A stretch of DNA of 64,000 bases from Rebecca billardiae RCC1528 (Eukaryota > Protista > Haptophyta), in assembly GCA_965240325.2 (NCBI GenBank), contig OZ251228.1, positions 1,054,001 to 1,118,000 of the forward strand. The letters are read 5' to 3'. The position numbers and the translations under genes are program-made. Below are positions 59,657-64,000 of this stretch, piece after piece. How positions within the stretch are numbered: the first letter of the stretch is position 1; each line of letters begins with the position of its first letter. The notes below the pieces were generated by a model, which made no database searches, was not told the DNA's origin, and worked only from the letters and a program-made list of their open reading frames with translations.

Positions 59657-62388
59657 ATGGCGGCCCCTCGCCCTTCGGAGCAGGCGCGCGACGTCAACGA
59701 CGCATCACTCGATTCACTCGCAAACCGCGCCACAGCTGTCGCTGCCACCATGATGCCTATGCTGGCGACGGTGCCCAAGCAGCCTGTCGCGCGAGTTGCG
59801 GCCGCGCCGATGACCGTGCTCCTCGGCGTGCGCCTCCTCGTCGAGCAGGCGATCCGGCGTCTGGACGATGCGGACGGCAAGCTTGCAACGATCATCCTCG
59901 ACTTCTGCGCTCGCCGCAAGTTGCTCTCCTTGGCGGTCTTCCTGACGTTTGGCGTGCTCGTCGACTTCCCGCAGGATGAGCACCGCGTGACAGCTGACTA
60001 CCACAAGATCCGAGACCTCTTCTACGTGGGCGAGAAAGGGCGGACACCGGCGTGGGCCAGGCGTCTCGTGACGCCCCTCGTGAAGGCGGCCATGAAGACG
60101 GGCGGCACCGAGGACGACCATGAGACGGCGCGAGCGGTCCTCGTCGAGCTGAGCGCGAGCGGGTTGCAGGCGGCGTTGCTGCAACATGGGCTCATCGTCA
60201 CGTCCACCAACTCGGGCGGCCGCGACGAGCCCGCAGTGCAAGTGGCCGAGCGCGTCGTGCTCGAGGTCGCGAGGACCATGCACCAGCTGCTCCCGATCAT
60301 GAGACTCGACCACCCTCGCGCGCCGCTCGGCGTGCTCAACCAAGAGATCGGCGTGCTCGACCACGAGATCGGCGTGCTCAACCACGAGATCGGCGGCGCC
60401 GTTGATTTCGCGGGTGGCTCGCACCTCGTGCTGCATCAGCAGCAGGCGCCAAGCAAGGCCTGCGAGCCGCCGACGATCTACATCCCGGGCGTCCGCAATC
60501 GCGCGCACGACGCCTCGATCAACATCGTCACACTCCGCGCCCGCGAGCGCCGGGTCGACGTGCCAGTGGTGGTGCTTGCCTTTCAGCAGCAGATGCAGCA
60601 GCGGAGGCCGGCGCTGCAGAACACGGAGGAAGAGGACGCGCAGTTGCTGCCGCAGCAATCGCGCTTTGCCGCCGTCGGAGGCGAAGAGGGCCTGCTCGCC
60701 GCCGACGAGGCCCAGCCGCCCGCCAACGCGACGCTGCGCGACGCATCGCTCAAGGCGGAGGCGAGCTCGCCATCACCGTCGTCAGACGGGTCGTCGACAG
60801 GCGATTCACTGCCCGGCGACATCGAGCGCATGCCGGGCTTCACCGAGGAGCTGCCGGGCGGCGCGGCGGCGCCGCTGCATCATGCGCCGCCCGAGGACGC
60901 GACCGACGTCCCGCCCGAAGGCATCGATGGCGAGCTGACCATCAAGAGCGACGCGGCTCGCGTGGCCATCTTGCTGCACAAGATCGAAGTCGGCGCGGTA
61001 TGCGCGAGCACGATGGCTGCGCGCGCCCACGCGACGAACGCGATCCGCTCGCGCGTCGTGTGACTCACCGTCTCTCCCAGCACGCACCTCGTGCTCGTCC
61101 ATGCGCGCGTGCGCAGGGGGGCTTCCGCGCACCGGACGATTTGGTGTTCATCAATGGCGGCGCCGCGAGCGTGCCAAACATCGGCCTCCTCTGCTCGTAT
61201 CGCGATCTCATGACGCGCGAGTTGGACTTGGAGGGTAAGGACGACGCCAGTCAGGGCATCGTGGCCGCGATCCGCAACCGCGTGCACCTGGCGCATGGAA
61301 TCGCGATGCACCTGCCGCCTCAGTGGTCGCTCGTGCGACAGCTCGGCGATTTCGGCGAACTCAGCGACACCGTGCTCGGCAAGGGAGCACAGGGCACGGT
61401 GTTCAAGCTCGTGGGCAAGAACGGCGAAATGTACGCGGTCAAGATGTTCACGTGGCAACAGCTGTTCAAGCGCCACGTCGCCAAGCTCGTGCAAACGGAG
61501 CTGCTCACGCTCATCGCGCTCCGCGGCCGCGAGCACATCAACCAGAGTGAGTGCGCGCGGCTCACCCCGGCGGGCGCGCTTCCGCGCCGCCTTCGTTCGC
61601 GCGCCGCCGGCCCTCTCGATGGTGGGCGTGCACCGTCTGCTGTCTGCAGCCCGCACTGCGCCGCGCCGGTGCGCCTCTCACCGCGATGCGCGTTGTGCGC
61701 GCCCATCCGTCCATGCTGTGCGTGCCGGGCCCACCGATCGAATCACGCGAATGCCGCCTGTCTGCCGTTTGCTCGCGCAGTCGCAGGCGTCTGCTGCGAC
61801 TCTGACGGCTTGCACATCGTTCTCCAGTACGGAGAGAAAGGCAACCTCGCCGAATGGCTCGCCGAGAAGGGCGGGTATCTGGACGAGCTGCTGGTCGCCA
61901 AGTTCGTCGCGCAGCTCGCCAAAGGCTTGACGGAGATGCACAGCGCGCAGCTGATTCACCGCGACCTCAAGGCTGAGAACATCCTGGTCACGGAGATTGA
62001 CCGCCAGCCCTACCTCTTGATCGCCGATTTCGGCATCGCCAAGGCGACGAACCAGGGCGCCACTCGCATCGGCACCCTCGAGACCATGGCGCCAGAGATG
62101 CTTTCGGCGTCGTCGGTGGGCTACAACCAGAGCGCCGACGTGTGGGCGATGGGCGTGATCACGTGCCAGCTGCTCACCGGCAAGATGCCGCAGACCGATC
62201 TGCACACGTCGACGGTCACTCTGCCGCAGGTGATCGGTGGTGTGCACGACGTCGGGCAGCTCGCATCGGGGCTCGTCAAGGACATGCTCGCCTTCAACCC
62301 GTCGGCTCGGCCGACGGCGCTCCATATCCTCGCCCGCGCCCTGGCCTGGCAGGTCAAACTCATGACGAAGAAGCAGCCCCAACCGTAA
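59657..62388 (+). CDS. Ser/Thr protein kinase with a long unrecognised N-terminal region, ~792 aa, 3 exons (59657-60997, 61117-61546, 61781-62388)
   Basis: Kinase motifs GKGAQGTVFK, YAVKM, IHRDLKAENIL, DFG, GTLETMAPE and DVWAMG. GT-AG introns at 60998-61116 (phase 0) and 61547-61780 (phase 1) join the ORFs in frame. The start codon and first acceptor have alternatives. Confidence 0.85.
60327..60395 (+). repeat. 21-bp coding tandem repeat x3 (GVL[ND][QH]EI heptads)
   Basis: TCGGCGTGCTC(A/G)ACCA(A/C)GAGA occurs three times. Confidence 0.9.
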
Positions 62389-62699
62389 CTTGCGCGTCAT
62401 CGCGCTGCGCGCTGCTGCCACTTACGAGCCGCGACGCGCGTGTCGGCAAATGCGCCATCAAGTGCTGGCGAACCTTCCGGCCGCCTCACCCCCACCCAAC
62501 ACCCCCTCGTCATCCATGACCATGAGTACCAGCTATACGCTACTGCACGCATCATGCATGTCGTCGCATCTTGCCGCCGCCAGTGTGGTGACTGACGAGT
62601 CTCGTCGAGCGTCGTCTTACAGTTACTTTAAAAATAACTTATAAAACTGTGCCCTGGCGGGCGGGGGGTTCGGCGGGCCGTGCCAGTGCTGTCGCAATG

Positions 62700-63150
62700 T
62701 TTCCTCTGCGGGTTCGCGTCTTTCCACAGCATTCGCTCGTGGCCGTGGGTGACGGACAGTCGGACCAGTGACACCTGTGAAGTTCTCCCACGCGGTGCGG
62801 TACGCGTCCGCGCGCATCAGCGAGGCCCACACCCGCGAGGGAATGTGCAGCACGCGGGGCGGGGCGGGTAGCCCGTTGCTCCGCGCGAGCGCGGGTACGC
62901 GCTGTATGTGCCGCATCTCGACCGCGATGGCGTAATCGAGCGCCTCGCCACCGACGAAGCCGCCCGAGTGGATCGTGTGCATGTCCTCCTGCCGCCAGCC
63001 GAGAGCGGTCGTCGCGAGGACGCTTGCCGATGTCCGCTCCGGGCATGATGGGCTCGGCGCAGGTCGCGCTGACGTCGTACACGGCCGCCACGCTGAGCAC
63101 GAGCGCGTTGACGTTCACACGGTCGTCGCTCTTCGCCTCTTCGACAGGTC
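62700..63150 (-). pseudogene. Possible Ulp1/C48 SUMO-protease-like fragment, frameshifted and truncated before the catalytic residues
   Basis: WRQEDMHTIHSGGFVGGEALDYAI...PRVLHIPSRVWASL resembles the Ulp1 pattern D(I/L)xTLxxxxWLNDEVINFY...PKVHxFNTFF. There is a frame change near 63040 and no HW/D/QxNxxDC motifs follow. Confidence 0.35.
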
Positions 63151-64000
63151 TGGCACCCGCGTGTTTGGCGTCACGAGGAGCTGTTGGTTGTGCGCGCGTG
63201 CGCGCACAGCGACAGCGTGTGCCACTCGCGATCGAGAGTGAGCATGAGCTGCTCATGCAAGCATAAGAATCGCAGCGCATCCGTCACCGGCGTGACGACG
63301 TCCGCCTCGTCCCGCAGCGCCTGCGCCATGGACGAGGATGGCGCGTCGATGTTGCATGCTCGACGATTCATCTCTCTGCGGATGGCGCGGCGAGGGTCGC
63401 CAACTCGCGAAGACGCGGTTGCTGCCACGGCGACAGACCCGAGAGGTGCGTCCGCTGCGCGTCGTGCGCCGTTGGCGCTGCGCTTCCGTCGCATTGGTCA
63501 CCGTCGACGCCATGCACGCCGGACGTGGGCTTTCGGCTGAGGGACCGCGACCGACGACAGTCCGGCGCGCGGATTCCGGCGATCAAGTTCAGAAGGCGGC
63601 CGCGCCAATCTTGCGTCGCGCGGGCGAGACACCTCCACCGAGCCTGACGCGCGGCGGTGGGTCGCGCGAGTTGGTTGTCGTGCGCAGCGCTTGATACTAT
63701 GGCCCTTGCGAGCGCTCGACGTGCAAGTCGGGCGAGGGCCGCCCCAGGTCGCACGATCGTGTCGACGCGCCGAGCGTACCTCCAAACGCGTCGACTTTGG
63801 CCCACGTTCGACCTGCACGCGAGACGACGAGGGGAGCAAGCGCGAATCGGGCGAAAACACGTCTCGGGAATCCTCGCGCGATGTCCGCGCCGGCGTTGGA
63901 TTTGGCGCGCGCGGCCCACGCGCTCCGCGCCACCCGGTACTGTGTTTTCGGCCGAGCGTCCCCAGTCCGAGTGGTCAGGAGCTGCCCGGTAGTGAGCGAA

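Overview
This is very GC-rich eukaryotic nuclear DNA with short GT-AG introns (GTGCG...CGCAG), consistent with a haptophyte or similar alga; the taxon is an inference. Bases 1 to ~34,390 are one head-to-tail satellite array of about 148 monomers (228/229/236/237 bp), open at the window's left edge. It has nested higher-order duplications, a G-quadruplex-type octamer tract and palindromes in the monomer, and an abruptly degenerating right edge, making it a candidate centromeric or pericentromeric satellite. The huge ORFs there are repeat artefacts. From 34.7 to 62.4 kb lie ten genes in strictly alternating orientation (five head-to-head pairs): Orai-like Ca2+ channel / Cys-repeat surface protein, cyclin B / mitochondrial bL27, exportin-T / MINDY4, GH130/GT91-like propeller / DCN1, and truncated exportin-6-like / Ser-Thr kinase. 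Transposon debris lies mostly in the tail-to-tail gaps: two TIR elements, a broken Ty1/copia, and an 84-bp palindromic TG..CA insert with a 5-bp target duplication. There is also a Polinton-type polymerase motif relic abutting the exportin-6-like gene and a Ulp1-like fragment at the right end. All protein calls come from motif recognition by eye, not from database searches.
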